A stretch of 43,569 bases of DNA from contig CAZCNC010000001.1 in assembly GCA_964500715.1 (NCBI GenBank), positions 1 through 43,569 of the forward strand, read 5' to 3'. This document shows, piece by piece, positions 7,899-18,044 of the stretch. The first letter of the stretch is position 1, and each line of letters begins with the position of its first letter. The stretch comes from an uncultured Candidatus Saccharibacteria bacterium. GTDB taxonomy: Bacteria > Patescibacteriota > Minisyncoccia > Phycocordibacterales > UBA9973. A model generated the notes under the pieces. The model did not search any database. It was not told the origin of the DNA and saw nothing but the letters and a program-made list of their open reading frames with translations. Position numbers and translations under genes: made by a program.

Positions 7899-8816
7899 AT
7901 GCAAAAATGCATTGTTATTTGTGGACAAACTGGAACTGGTAAAAGTGACTTAGCAGTGAACATTGCTTTGGCATTAAAAAAACGAGGGTTAGATGCAGAA
8001 ATAATTTCTGCAGATTCTCGCCAAGTCTATAATGGATTTGACAAAACATCCGCCAAAATAACATCCAAGGAAATGCATGGAATAAAGCACCATATGCTCT
8101 CTATTGCTAATCCTAAGAAAGACTACACTGTTGCTGAGTTTAAAAAAACTGGCACAAAAATAATAAAAGATATTTTAAAAAGAAATTCTGTACCAATAAT
8201 TTGCGGAGGCACCGGACTTTATATTGATAATTTAGTTTACAAAAAGACAATTCCAGAAGTTGCTCCAAACCCAAAACTGCGTGTTAAGTTGGAAAGATTA
8301 AGCTTGGTACAGTTACAAAATCTCTTAATTAAAAAAGACCCAAAACGTGCAAATAATATTGACTTAAAAAATCCACGCCGAATTATTCGTGCCCTGGAAA
8401 TTATAGAAGAACTTGGCTATGTTCCAGAATCTATAGAACCAGAACTACTATACAATACTTTTTTTATCGGGCTTACATTACCCAAGAAAGAATTAGAAAA
8501 GAAAATTGTATCACGCACAAATAAAAGAATGCGTATGGGCATGGTAAAAGAAATGAAAGATTTACATGAAAAGCAAAAACTAAGTTATGAAAGACTACAA
8601 AGCTTTGGTATGGAATACAAATGGCTATCAATGTATTTACGTGGCAATATTACAAAGGCTGAATGTATAGACGGTATAAACCGCGATACTATGGCCTATG
8701 CCAAGCGCCAAATGACTTGGTTTAAGAAAAATAAAGATATACATTGGTTTAGCACAGTAAATAAAACCCAAGCCTTTAAAGAGGCCAAAGTATTAATCTG
8801 TGATTTTCTAAAATAA
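7899..8816 (+). CDS. miaA: tRNA dimethylallyltransferase
   Basis: P-loop GQTGTGKS, the IPPT family pattern (ADSRQVY, GGTGLY), and a start 2 nt after the murA stop. Confidence 0.9.
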   Translation: MQKCIVICGQTGTGKSDLAVNIALALKKRGLDAEIISADSRQVYNGFDKTSAKITSKEMHGIKHHMLSIANPKKDYTVAEFKKTGTKIIKDILKRNSVPIICGGTGLYIDNLVYKKTIPEVAPNPKLRVKLERLSLVQLQNLLIKKDPKRANNIDLKNPRRIIRALEIIEELGYVPESIEPELLYNTFFIGLTLPKKELEKKIVSRTNKRMRMGMVKEMKDLHEKQKLSYERLQSFGMEYKWLSMYLRGNITKAECIDGINRDTMAYAKRQMTWFKKNKDIHWFSTVNKTQAFKEAKVLICDFLK

Positions 8817-8823
8817 ATTCCTG

Positions 8824-8894
8824 CGGGCGGTGGAAGAATCGAACTCCCGCCAGAGGTTTTGGAGACCCCTGTTCTGCCACTAAACTAACCGCCC
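8824..8894 (-). tRNA. tRNA-Trp (anticodon CCA)
   Basis: The minus strand reads gggcggt..ctCCAaa..gggag-ttcgatt-cttcc-accgccc-g. A 4-nt variable loop, with the discriminator followed by CA. Confidence 0.85.
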
Positions 8895-8924
8895 AGTTAT
8901 GTGAATATAACACGAAAAAACCAA

Positions 8925-8952
8925 ATAAAAAAGCCCCGCTTTGTTGCGGGGA
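8925..8952 (-). terminator. Intrinsic terminator downstream of the purA-like gene
   Basis: Stem ccccgc/gcgggg with a T-run on the minus strand. Confidence 0.7.
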
Positions 8953-8981
8953 CTTAGAAAAATTTTAATAAGATTTTGAAC

Positions 8982-10421
8982 TCAATAGAGTGTTGCTATG
9001 GCTTCTCTTTCAGGCCCGTAAGATACTGCGCAGATCTTTACTTTCCAACCAACTTCATTCGTGAGGTATTCCTCGATAAATGAAATATAGTCTTTAAAAG
9101 CCTGCGGTGCTGTATTAGGGCTAGCAAGGAAGTTTCTGGACTTCGTCTTCCAGGAAGGAAATTGTTTTACTTTGATTTTAAAATCCTGAGTAATGTCATG
9201 TGGTGCCATGGTGAGGAAGTTCCCTTTCTGGTCGGTATAACCAACACACAAGGGAATAAAATCTTCATCATCAAAAGCATCCACATAAGTCAATACAATT
9301 TCCTCGGTGCCTGTCATCATTACAGACCTAGCCAACAAAGGTAAATCGAAGATTCCTACTCTTCTTGGTCGACCGGTACTGCTACCGTACTCATTACACT
9401 TTTTTCTCCATCGAATACTTTCGCGGAGCCCTAAATTAGAGACCTTTTTTAAATCAAGGATCTCCTCTTCAGATCTTGTATGAGTTTGACACCACTTGTC
9501 GGAACGCCTGCCTCCCAACTCAGTTGGGAATGGACCATTGCCAACGCGAGAATCATAAGCTTTTACAACTCCGATTACGCGCATTTTGAATCGTGGTCCA
9601 ACACCACAGTTATAAAAGGCACCCGGACCAATATGCGACGATGTCACAAAAGGCTGATTCCCAAAAACTGGATCAAGGTGAACTCCTTGTGCTCCTTCTA
9701 ACAAGATTTTTTCGTTGTTACGAAGAGCCTTGTTAAAATAATCTGCTGCAGTGTCAACAAAAGTGTAAACGCCGTCAGATTCCAAACTCAAAACATCTTC
9801 TCTTGATTTAAACCAATCCGACTCGAGCTTTCTTAACTCTTTATCATAACCTGGATAGCCAGTAGCTTTTTGATAAGGCGCGATCCTTTTCTTTAACAGC
9901 TTGTATTTCTTTACATGATCACCAGAAAGAAAATCTCCAACTGAAATCTTTTTACGTAAAGGAACACTGCTGATTGTGTCAGAAACACCTCTACCTGTTG
10001 AACCGACTTTACCAGAACCAAGTGCATATTCATTGGTCCTGTCACCCATGATCCACAATGGAGTAACCATAGGGCAGTTTTTTGAAATAAACAACCTGCC
10101 TCTTACGTTAATACCGCGAGCCATGAAATCTGTAATTTCAGCAACATTACTGACACTGTTAAAACCACAACCATCGGCAATAAAGTTTTTGGTTGATGGA
10201 GTAAAGATTCCACTGGGTATTGAGTGTGTAACGTACTTTTGTCCGTTAAATTCAATGCTGTGACCAGCATTATCAATACCATTAAACCTGGCGTCGATAT
10301 CGAAATAAGGGGTTGCATAATCAGCAACTTTACCTTTACCTTCATCGCCCCATCTCAAACCAAGGATTATGGTAACGTCAGAATCATCTGTTTTACCGAA
10401 AACAACATTATTATTTATCAT
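8982..10421 (-). CDS. Adenylosuccinate synthetase-like protein, divergent and long (479 aa)
   Basis: PurA motifs are present but altered: WGDEGKGK, NAGHS, GSTGRGV, EGAQG..VTSS, GSSTGRPRRVG. It is preceded by the only canonical GGAGGA SD I found in the window. It has the only TGA stop among the roughly 40 CDS stop codons I read. Confidence 0.75.
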   Translation of the reverse strand: MINNNVVFGKTDDSDVTIILGLRWGDEGKGKVADYATPYFDIDARFNGIDNAGHSIEFNGQKYVTHSIPSGIFTPSTKNFIADGCGFNSVSNVAEITDFMARGINVRGRLFISKNCPMVTPLWIMGDRTNEYALGSGKVGSTGRGVSDTISSVPLRKKISVGDFLSGDHVKKYKLLKKRIAPYQKATGYPGYDKELRKLESDWFKSREDVLSLESDGVYTFVDTAADYFNKALRNNEKILLEGAQGVHLDPVFGNQPFVTSSHIGPGAFYNCGVGPRFKMRVIGVVKAYDSRVGNGPFPTELGGRRSDKWCQTHTRSEEEILDLKKVSNLGLRESIRWRKKCNEYGSSTGRPRRVGIFDLPLLARSVMMTGTEEIVLTYVDAFDDEDFIPLCVGYTDQKGNFLTMAPHDITQDFKIKVKQFPSWKTKSRNFLASPNTAPQAFKDYISFIEEYLTNEVGWKVKICAVSYGPEREAIATLY

Positions 10422-10436
10422 TTTTGTTTCCTCCTT

Positions 10437-11930
10437 TTATTTTGATGGTGAATAGTTTGGTGCTTCCTTGGTTATCTTCACATCATGCGGATGACTTTCG
10501 CGCAAACCAGCATTTGTGATTTTTCTGAATTGGGCAGTTTGCAAGGTCTTGATTTCTCTTGATCCTGCGTAACCCATACCAGCACGAAGCCCACCAACCA
10601 TTTGGTGAATGATTTCAGCAACAGGTCCTTTGTACGGAACATTTGCAACTACTCCTTCTGGAACCAATTTCTTGATTTCTTCATCAGGGTCTTGCAAGTA
10701 ACGATCCGCAGATCCTTTACCCATTGAGTCGGTCGAACCCATTCCGCGGTAAGTTTTAACTTTACGATTTTCGTAAGTTTCAATCTCACCTGGTGATTCG
10801 TCAGTTCCAGCAAACAGGCCGCCAGCCATAATAGTAGAAGCACCGGCAACCAAAGCCTTTACAATGTCTCCGGAGTTTTTAATACCTCCGTCAGCAATGA
10901 TTGGAATGCTACCATCAACACCTTTTACAGCCTCTATAATAGCCGTTAGCTGCGGGACTCCAATTCCAGCAATAATCCTTGTAGTACAGATTGATCCAGG
11001 GCCAATGCCAACTTTTACAGCGTCAGCTCCGGCTTCTGCTAAAAACTTTGCCCCTTCGGCAGTTGCAACATTCCCAGCAATAATCTGTAAATCAGAATAC
11101 TTGGCTTTTATTTCGGCGATTTGGTCAGCCACACCTTGAGTATGGCCATGAGCTGTATCAATTACGATTACGTCTACACCGGCTTTTACCAATGCATCCA
11201 CGCGTTCGTTTGTAGTACCAAATACGCCTACCGCAGCACCGCAAAGAAGTCTGCCTTTATTATCACGGACAGCAGCAGGATAAAGTTCGTTTTCCTGAAT
11301 ATCTTTCCATGTATAAAGACCAACTAATTTTTTGTCGCTGTTTAAAACCGGAAGCCATTTTACTTTGTTGTCTTCCATTACAACCATGGCATCTTCGTAA
11401 GTTGCTGAGCTTTCAATCGTAGTGCAATTTTTTTTCATCACACTAGAAACAAGCATCTTTGGGTTTTTATTTATTACAAAACCAATGTCATTGTGGGAAA
11501 TCAATCCAACAAAAACACCTTCTTCGTCTTCCACCCCAAAGTGGTGAACGTTTTTGGTTTCCATCTGGATTTTTACATCATCAATGGAATCGCTGATCTT
11601 GCAGCGAAGTGGTTTTGGAATAATCCCGCTGATCTGTTTCATCTTAACCTTTTTGACCTGCTTAGCTTGGTCGGCGATTGTCATATTTTTGTGAATTATG
11701 CCAATACCACCATTGCGAGCCATAGCAATTGCCATTTCGGATTCCGTAACGGTATCCATACTGGCTGAGATCAATGGGATGTTAATTTCAATGCTTCTTG
11801 TCAGCATTGTCTTGGTATTAACCTCTTTGGGTAATACGCTAGAATGTCTTGGTACAACCAAGACATCGTCAAAGGTCAACCCCTCATCAAGGAGTACCTT
11901 TGGGTTCTTAGGATCTGTAAAGTCCGTCAT
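10437..11930 (-). CDS. guaB: IMP dehydrogenase with CBS pair
   Basis: Catalytic loop [11 protein letters not shown], an IMPDH barrel motif, and a CBS insert around residues 95-215. Confidence 0.95.
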   Translation of the reverse strand: MTDFTDPKNPKVLLDEGLTFDDVLVVPRHSSVLPKEVNTKTMLTRSIEINIPLISASMDTVTESEMAIAMARNGGIGIIHKNMTIADQAKQVKKVKMKQISGIIPKPLRCKISDSIDDVKIQMETKNVHHFGVEDEEGVFVGLISHNDIGFVINKNPKMLVSSVMKKNCTTIESSATYEDAMVVMEDNKVKWLPVLNSDKKLVGLYTWKDIQENELYPAAVRDNKGRLLCGAAVGVFGTTNERVDALVKAGVDVIVIDTAHGHTQGVADQIAEIKAKYSDLQIIAGNVATAEGAKFLAEAGADAVKVGIGPGSICTTRIIAGIGVPQLTAIIEAVKGVDGSIPIIADGGIKNSGDIVKALVAGASTIMAGGLFAGTDESPGEIETYENRKVKTYRGMGSTDSMGKGSADRYLQDPDEEIKKLVPEGVVANVPYKGPVAEIIHQMVGGLRAGMGYAGSREIKTLQTAQFRKITNAGLRESHPHDVKITKEAPNYSPSK

Positions 11931-11973
11931 TTTATTTACTTTTTAAGTTTCTTTTTCATTTGAAATTGTAAAA

Positions 11974-12002
11974 ACTATACAGAAATAGGCCTTAAATGTC
12001 AA
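11974..12002 (-). promoter_or_regulatory. Sigma-70-type promoter TTGACA-N17-TGTATAGT for guaB
   Basis: The minus strand reads TTGACA tttaaggcctatttctg TATAGT, about 43 nt upstream of the guaB ATG. Confidence 0.65.
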
Positions 12003-12010
12003 ACAAATAA

Positions 12011-12030
12011 AAAGCCCCTTTCGGGGTTAT
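12011..12030 (-). terminator. Intrinsic terminator downstream of rpmG
   Basis: Hairpin aaccccgaaaggggtt followed by a T-run on the minus strand. Confidence 0.75.
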
Positions 12031-12032
12031 TT

Positions 12033-12188
12033 TTATTTCTTTACTTCTTTAAAGATAACGTGTTTACGAAGCTTTTTAGAGAATTTTTTGAATTCAAGCT
12101 TATTCGTAACAGTCTTTTTATTCTTACGAGTAAAATAAACTTCTTTGGTATCTTTATTCTGTAATTTAACAAGTGCTTTCTGTGCCAT
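12033..12188 (-). CDS. rpmG: 50S ribosomal protein L33 (51 aa, Cys-less form); absent from the ORF track
   Basis: My hand translation gives MAQKALVKLQNKDTKEVYFTRKNKKTVTNKLEFKKFSKKLRKHVIFKEVKK. This fits the L33 pattern (..T.KNK....KLE.KK....RKH..F.E.K). Confidence 0.8.
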   Translation of the reverse strand: MAQKALVKLQNKDTKEVYFTRKNKKTVTNKLEFKKFSKKLRKHVIFKEVKK

Positions 12189-12231
12189 ATATATGTTTTT
12201 ACGGGATTATGCTGCTATTATAGCATATTCT

Positions 12232-13356
12232 CTATTTTATTGCAATTCGTGGGATAAGAGCATTTATTCTGGTGACTATTTCGTAGTTAATTGTTGAAGC
12301 TATTTCAGCAACTTCTTCCGCAGAGATTTCTTGCGACTTTTGTTTACCAATAATTACAACGGGGTCCCCGGCTTTAACATTTGGAACGCTGCTAACATCA
12401 ATAACACACATGTTCATCATTACTCGACCCAAGATTTTACATTTCTTGCCACCACAAAGCATATGGCCTTTGCTGGAAAGTGTTCTTGGTAAGCCATCCC
12501 AATAACCAATTGGTAGTATCGCGATTTTTGTGGCTTTGGTTGCTTTAAAAGTAGCATCGTAAGCAACGGTTTTTCCAGCAGAAATAGTTTTTACCTGTTC
12601 TATCTTTGTCTTCCAAGAAAGAGCTGGATTAAGAGATAGTTTGTTTTTTGCTACATTTTTTACTTCTTGACTTGGCCACAAACCATACATTCCAATTCCG
12701 ATTCTTACCGCGTCATATGCTAATTCTTTCATTCTTAAAAACCCCGATGTCGCACTGGTATGAATAAGTGGGTAGAACCCATCCTCGTTAAGTCTATTTT
12801 GCCAAGCATTTAATTCTTTAATTTGGCTTTTTGTGTAACTATCAAACTTTTTATTTTCGGCACCAATTAAATGAGAGTAGATAGAAACAATGTTTATATC
12901 ACCTGCTTTATTTAATATTTTTACAGCTTCTTCTATCTCTGACATCATTAAACCTTGACGTGACAAACCCGTATCAATTTTAAGGTTAATTAGTAGGTTA
13001 GATTTATTTTTATAAGCTGCAACTTTTTTAAGAACCTCAAGAGATGAAACCGTAATATCGATTTTGTTTTTTAATGCGGTCTCAAGATCTTCCATGTCAA
13101 TTTGTTTTAGAACAAGTATTGGAATTTCTTTATGAGTTTTACGAAGTTCTACTGCATCGGCCATTTCAAAAACTGCTAAATAGTCTACTCCGGCTTTTAT
13201 AGCTGCGTTTGATGAAATTTCTAAATCATGACCATAAGCATTGGCTTTTACTACAGCCATTATCATTGTGTCTTGTGGTAATAATTTTTCGTAGTCTTTT
13301 AAATTCTTTACAATTGCGGATTCGCTTATTTCCACCCAGGTTCGATGATTATTCAT
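12232..13356 (-). CDS. alr: Alanine racemase
   Basis: PLP-lysine motif AVVKANAYGHD, a C-terminal beta domain, 374 aa. Confidence 0.9.
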   Translation of the reverse strand: MNNHRTWVEISESAIVKNLKDYEKLLPQDTMIMAVVKANAYGHDLEISSNAAIKAGVDYLAVFEMADAVELRKTHKEIPILVLKQIDMEDLETALKNKIDITVSSLEVLKKVAAYKNKSNLLINLKIDTGLSRQGLMMSEIEEAVKILNKAGDINIVSIYSHLIGAENKKFDSYTKSQIKELNAWQNRLNEDGFYPLIHTSATSGFLRMKELAYDAVRIGIGMYGLWPSQEVKNVAKNKLSLNPALSWKTKIEQVKTISAGKTVAYDATFKATKATKIAILPIGYWDGLPRTLSSKGHMLCGGKKCKILGRVMMNMCVIDVSSVPNVKAGDPVVIIGKQKSQEISAEEVAEIASTINYEIVTRINALIPRIAIK

Positions 13357-13377
13357 GTAGCTAGTTTAACATGGAAT

Positions 13378-13404
13378 AAAAAAACGGCCTAGAAAGCCGT
13401 TTAT
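13378..13404 (-). terminator. Intrinsic terminator downstream of tRNA-Tyr
   Basis: The minus strand reads aaacggctttctaggccgttttttt. Confidence 0.7.
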
Positions 13405-13408
13405 TTTG

Positions 13409-13491
13409 TGCGCCGGGTTGGATTCGAACCAACGAAGCCCAGGGGCGACAGATTTACAGTCTGTTGTAATTGACCACTCTACCACCGACGC
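13409..13491 (-). tRNA. tRNA-Tyr (anticodon GTA), long variable arm
   Basis: Acceptor gcgtcgg/ccggcgc, loop ctGTAaa, T-arm gttgg-ttcgaat-ccaac. Discriminator A is followed by CA. Confidence 0.85.
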
Positions 13492-13532
13492 GTAAGGCCA
13501 TTATACATAATTCACATAATTTTTCAATAATA

Positions 13533-13560
13533 AAAACCTCCTATCATAATAGGAGGTTTT
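13533..13560 (-). terminator. Intrinsic terminator downstream of clpB
   Basis: 12-bp stem aaaacctcctat/ataggaggtttt directly after the clpB stop. Confidence 0.8.
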
Positions 13561-13562
13561 TA

Positions 13563-16250
13563 TTATTTAGTCTTGTGTCTAGTAACAACTGTAGACTTAA
13601 CTCGTTTTTTGGTTTTATGTTCTACCGCTAATTCTCCATTTTTCTCAGTTACTTCTACCACTGTTCCTGGCTTAATTTCATGAGCAATAATATGTGTGGC
13701 AATTGGGTTTAAAATTTTTGTTTGAATAAGTCGGTTTAATGGACGAGCTCCATAGTGTGGATCGTATCCTTGTTTTGCCAAATAAGAATATGCCCCATCG
13801 GTGATTTGTAAATCAATGCCTTTTGTAAGAAGTCGGTCACGAACAGACTGTGTACGAAGTGTTACAATTTCTCGAATTGTTACAGGTGAAAGTACATCAA
13901 ACACAACTATTTCATCAAGCCGGTTTAGGAATTCTGGACGAAAATGGTTTTTTAATGAATCCATTACCTTTTCTTTTGCATCGTCATAAGCACTGGTTTC
14001 TGTATAAGACCCGAATCCAATAGATTCCATCTTATCGATAAACTGCGAACCAATGTTTGATGTAAGAATAATTATAGTGTTACGGAAATTAACCGGGCGG
14101 CCCTTGGCATCTGTCAGACGGCCTTCGTCTAATACTTGAAGTAAAATGTTAAAGACTTCGGGATGAGCTTTTTCAACTTCATCAAACAAAACTACAGAAT
14201 AAGGTCTATGCCGAACAGATTCTGTTAATTGCCCAGATTCATCATGCCCAACGTAACCAGGTGGTGAACCAACAAGTTTTGAAACACTGTGACGTTCCAT
14301 ATATTCAGACATGTCTACACGAATCAAAGCCCGTTCGTCATTAAACATAAATTCAGCCAAAGCTTTGGTTAATTCGGTCTTACCAACGCCAGTTGGCCCA
14401 AGGAAGATAAATGAACCAATAGGTTTATTTGGGTCTCCAATTCCAGCTCGACTGCGTCTTACAGTCTCTGCAACTTTCTTTACGGCATTGTCTTGACCAA
14501 CAACACGCTTCTTTAACTCATCTTCCATGCGAAGAAGTTTTTGCTTTTCTTCTTCTAGCATTCGCATCAAAGGTATTCCAGTCCAACGACTGACAACTTC
14601 GGCTATATCTTCTGCGGTAATTTCCTCTTTCAAGACGCGTCTGGTTTTCTGCATTTTTTTAAGTTTGACCATCTTTGCATCAAGTTCTTTTTTAAGAAGC
14701 GGGATTTCACCGTAGCGAATCTCCGCAGCGCGAGAAAGATCTTGCCTTAATTGTGCACTGTCGGCTTCGTGACGAAGAGCTTCTAGATCTTTTTTAATTT
14801 GGCGAATACCAATTACAATATCCTTTTCGTTATTCCAACGAACTTCCAAATCTTTAGTTTTGTTTCTATATACTCCAATTTCTTCTTCAATTGCCAAAAG
14901 TCTGTCTTTGATTTCTTTGTTTGATCTAGTATCTCCTTGTTTTTTAATATCTTTACGTAGTGCTTCTCTTTCAATTTCTAGACGCATTATTTTACGATGT
15001 GCATCTTCTAATTCTTGAGGTTTATTTTCCAATGCAATCTTTAGCGAACTTGATGCTTCGTCAATTAAATCTACTGCTTTATCTGGCAGAAAGCGATTTG
15101 TAATATAGCGAGTTGAAAGATTTACGGCTGCCAAAATCGCATCATCAGTAATGTGCACACCATGGAATATTTCATATTTGTCTTTCAACCCACGAAGTAT
15201 TGCAATAGCATCTTCTGGGTTTGGTTCTTCAATATAAACAGGTTGGAAACGACGTGCCAATGCTGGGTCTTTTTCAATATGTTTTTGATATTCTTTTATT
15301 GTTGTAGCACCAATTGCCCGAAGTTCCCCACGAGATAGTGCGGGTTTTAACATGTTTGATGCATCAAGCGACCCCTCAGATGCGCCAGCTCCAACTATAG
15401 TATGAAGTTCATCAATAAAAAGAATTATCTTGCCATCAGATTTTTCAACCTCCTTCATAATATTTCTTAGACGCTCTTCAAACTCGCCTCGATATTTTGT
15501 ACCGGCTAAAAGTAGGCCCAAATCAAGAGACACAATTTCTTTGTCTTTCAAAGTGTCTGGAATGTCGCCTTTTACAATACGATTAGCTAAACCTTCAACC
15601 ACAGCCGTTTTACCGGTTCCAGCTTCACCAATCAAAATTGGATTATTTTTTGTACGTCTAGAAAGTATTTGCATTATGCGCATTATTTCATTGTCACGCC
15701 CAATTACAGGGTCAAGTTTGTCTTCTTTTGCAAGATTATTTAAATTACGGGCGTACTTTTCTAAATTTTTAGCTTTTTTACTTGGAGAAGCATTTTCTAC
15801 ACCATCTTTTTGGGCATCATTTATTACCTGCAGTACAGATTCTTTGGTTATTTTAAAGCGCTCTAAAATATGTCTTGCTTCAGACTGTACGTCAAACAAA
15901 GCTAAGAACATATGTTCAACATCTACAAATTCACTTTTATTTGCAGCAGCAACTTTACTAGAATGTTCAATTACCTGAGCCAATTCTGGAGTTAAATAAA
16001 TTTGATACGATGGAGAAAGCGTAGTACCGCGTTCTGGAATTTCTATATGCTCAAGAATAACATCAACCAAATGGGTTGTGTCTACGTCAAGTCTTTCAAG
16101 AATTGGTAAAACCACTATATCGTCAGACGTAACAAGTGCCGCCAATAAATGCAATGGTGATACATGATTTTGGCCGCGCTCTATAACAAATTCATGGGCA
16201 CGGCGAATAACTTCTTTTGCTTTGGTTGTAAAATGATTAAATGGAGGCAT
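13563..16250 (-). CDS. clpB: ATP-dependent chaperone ClpB
   Basis: Clp N-domain, two AAA+ modules ([16 protein letters not shown]), a long coiled-coil middle domain, 895 aa. Confidence 0.95.
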   Translation of the reverse strand: MPPFNHFTTKAKEVIRRAHEFVIERGQNHVSPLHLLAALVTSDDIVVLPILERLDVDTTHLVDVILEHIEIPERGTTLSPSYQIYLTPELAQVIEHSSKVAAANKSEFVDVEHMFLALFDVQSEARHILERFKITKESVLQVINDAQKDGVENASPSKKAKNLEKYARNLNNLAKEDKLDPVIGRDNEIMRIMQILSRRTKNNPILIGEAGTGKTAVVEGLANRIVKGDIPDTLKDKEIVSLDLGLLLAGTKYRGEFEERLRNIMKEVEKSDGKIILFIDELHTIVGAGASEGSLDASNMLKPALSRGELRAIGATTIKEYQKHIEKDPALARRFQPVYIEEPNPEDAIAILRGLKDKYEIFHGVHITDDAILAAVNLSTRYITNRFLPDKAVDLIDEASSSLKIALENKPQELEDAHRKIMRLEIEREALRKDIKKQGDTRSNKEIKDRLLAIEEEIGVYRNKTKDLEVRWNNEKDIVIGIRQIKKDLEALRHEADSAQLRQDLSRAAEIRYGEIPLLKKELDAKMVKLKKMQKTRRVLKEEITAEDIAEVVSRWTGIPLMRMLEEEKQKLLRMEDELKKRVVGQDNAVKKVAETVRRSRAGIGDPNKPIGSFIFLGPTGVGKTELTKALAEFMFNDERALIRVDMSEYMERHSVSKLVGSPPGYVGHDESGQLTESVRHRPYSVVLFDEVEKAHPEVFNILLQVLDEGRLTDAKGRPVNFRNTIIILTSNIGSQFIDKMESIGFGSYTETSAYDDAKEKVMDSLKNHFRPEFLNRLDEIVVFDVLSPVTIREIVTLRTQSVRDRLLTKGIDLQITDGAYSYLAKQGYDPHYGARPLNRLIQTKILNPIATHIIAHEIKPGTVVEVTEKNGELAVEHKTKKRVKSTVVTRHKTK

Positions 16251-16259
16251 ATGATCTTA

Positions 16260-17507
16260 TTATAACATACTGCGATATGTGCGTAATATGTCTTTGGTTG
16301 ATTTTATAAATTTAATAATGTCTTTTTGTTTTGTTTCCGAACCAAATGAAATTCTGATACTTCCATAAGATTTATACGTATCATTTTCGTCTTTCTTACG
16401 AAGTTCTGTTATGACGTACGATTCACCTTCTTCGTCGCTTTTACAAGCGCTTTTACTGGAAACCATTATTCCTCTGGCATCAAGCTCTATTGCCATATGG
16501 TCGCCCTTAAAATAAGCAAAGGAAATATTTACAATACTTGGTATTGAATAATTATTACTGTTTTCTATAAAAACAAATTTATACTCTTTGTCTATTTTAT
16601 TTAACTGTTCCAAGAGATATTTTTTTAGATTTTTGTATTTCTCTTCGTTTTCAGACAAATCCTTACTATTTTTTTTAGCAGCCACCGCAAAACCTGTAGC
16701 TAACAAAGGTGAAACTGTACCTGGGCGAAGTGACATTTCTTGATCCCCGCCAGCATAAGTTTTCTCTAGTAAAATACTTCTTTTTTTAAACAAAGCCCCA
16801 ACGCCAGATGGGCCACCAATTTTTATACTGTTGAATGTTATCAGGTCTACCCCTTTTCTAACAAGTGGCGAAAGATCAAGATGAGCATAAGCTTGGCAGG
16901 CGTCCAAATGTAAATAAGGGAAAAAAGATTTTGGAGTAAAATGCATACTTTTTATATTGTACTTTTCTTCTTTAATTTTATTTAATATTTTTATGTATTC
17001 TTCAACTGGCTGAATTACCCCGATTTCACTATTAACCATTGCAAGACTAACTATGACAGTATTTTCTTTAACTGCATTTTTTACTGATTGCGCTAAGATT
17101 ACTCCTGATTTATCATATGGTTCCAAAAAAGTAACTTCGGCCAAACCTCTGTTTTGAAGCATCTTACAAGTCTCAAGCACACTGCTATGTTCTATGGTTG
17201 ATGTAATTATATGCGGAATAGTGAATTGTTTTTTTGCTGAATATACCGTACCAATTAAAGCCAACGCAATACTTTCAGTTCCTGAACCAGTAAAGATAAT
17301 TTCGTCAGTATGTGAGCCAATTGTTTTAGCAATATCTTCTCGACTTGATTCAAGAATTTTTTTGGCCTTAAGGCCGCCAAAATGCATCGATGACGGGTTA
17401 GCTAAATTTTGATTTAAAAGCATTTTCATAACCAAAGACACCTCTTTGTGCATTTGAGCGCCAGAAGCGTAGTCTAGGTATGTTTTTGGGCTTTTAAAAA
17501 GACTCAT
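16260..17507 (-). CDS. Cysteine desulfurase / class V aminotransferase (NifS/IscS-like)
   Basis: PLP-lysine context NSIKIGGPSGVGALF and the active-site Cys loop SSKSACKS. Confidence 0.8.
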   Translation of the reverse strand: MSLFKSPKTYLDYASGAQMHKEVSLVMKMLLNQNLANPSSMHFGGLKAKKILESSREDIAKTIGSHTDEIIFTGSGTESIALALIGTVYSAKKQFTIPHIITSTIEHSSVLETCKMLQNRGLAEVTFLEPYDKSGVILAQSVKNAVKENTVIVSLAMVNSEIGVIQPVEEYIKILNKIKEEKYNIKSMHFTPKSFFPYLHLDACQAYAHLDLSPLVRKGVDLITFNSIKIGGPSGVGALFKKRSILLEKTYAGGDQEMSLRPGTVSPLLATGFAVAAKKNSKDLSENEEKYKNLKKYLLEQLNKIDKEYKFVFIENSNNYSIPSIVNISFAYFKGDHMAIELDARGIMVSSKSACKSDEEGESYVITELRKKDENDTYKSYGSIRISFGSETKQKDIIKFIKSTKDILRTYRSML

Positions 17508-17536
17508 AGATGCATCGTATCATACTTAAAAAATCC

Positions 17537-17564
17537 TTGCAAAATAAGCATTTTCATGTATAAT
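17537..17564 (+). promoter_or_regulatory. Promoter TTGCAA-N16-(TG)TATAAT, 7 nt upstream of the ATG at 17572
   Basis: Sequence ttgcaa aataagcattttcatg tataat tgtaacc ATG. Confidence 0.6.
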
Positions 17565-17571
17565 TGTAACC

Positions 17572-18030
17572 ATGTTTTCACCACTATTAATTGCAATTTT
17601 AGCCTTGTCTTTGGCGGTAATTATACTAATAATTCACTCTTTTCTGTTGGAAAGTAGAATGCGCAAATTAATGCAAGGTAAAAATGGCAAGTCTTTGGAA
17701 GATATCGTTATTGATATGCAAGCGAGAATTAATGCAAATAACGCTCATTCAATTAAAAATTCAGCTGAGATTGACACTTTGATGGCAAAAATGAAAAAGC
17801 GTATTCGAAATGTTTCTACCCTACGGTTTAAACCTTTTGAAGATGCTGGTAGTACTCAAAGTTTTGCTATTGCAATTGTTGATGACGAAAGTAATGGTGT
17901 GGTTCTCTCTTCACTTTATACACGTGAACGAATGAGCGTATTTGCAAAACCAGTAAAAAATGGCAAGTCCGAATACGAGCTAACAAATGAAGAAAAAAGT
18001 GTTTTAGAGTCGGCAAAACAAGAAGCTTAA
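17572..18030 (+). CDS. DUF4446-like membrane-anchored protein
   Basis: An N-terminal TM helix plus RFKPFEDAGSTQSFAIAIVDDESNGVVLSSLYTRE. From memory this resembles the DUF4446 family; I did not run an HMM. Confidence 0.6.
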   Translation: MFSPLLIAILALSLAVIILIIHSFLLESRMRKLMQGKNGKSLEDIVIDMQARINANNAHSIKNSAEIDTLMAKMKKRIRNVSTLRFKPFEDAGSTQSFAIAIVDDESNGVVLSSLYTRERMSVFAKPVKNGKSEYELTNEEKSVLESAKQEA

Positions 18031-18044
18031 AGAAAATTTATATT

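Noticed and set aside
8982-11930. The purA-like/guaB block as a compositionally foreign island next to tRNA-Trp.
   Set aside because: Spot GC counts (about 42%) equal those of hisS and other housekeeping genes. Only the SD and the TGA stop are unusual, which is too weak to claim horizontal transfer.
15430-15978. Long antisense ORFs: 182 aa inside clpB; 30888-31379 inside rpsA; 3077-3484 inside rel; 2126-2452, 19196-19525, 41049-41393 and others.
   Set aside because: These are shadow ORFs opposite strongly conserved genes. Their composition is Ser/Phe/Leu/Ile-rich and low-complexity, they match no family, and they have no start signals.
17917-17932. A possible parS site (tatacacgtgaacgaa), and ggttcacgtgtttt near 935.
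   Set aside because: Each matches the TGTTNCACGTGAAACA consensus only partly. Both lie inside coding sequence, and neither is near parB.
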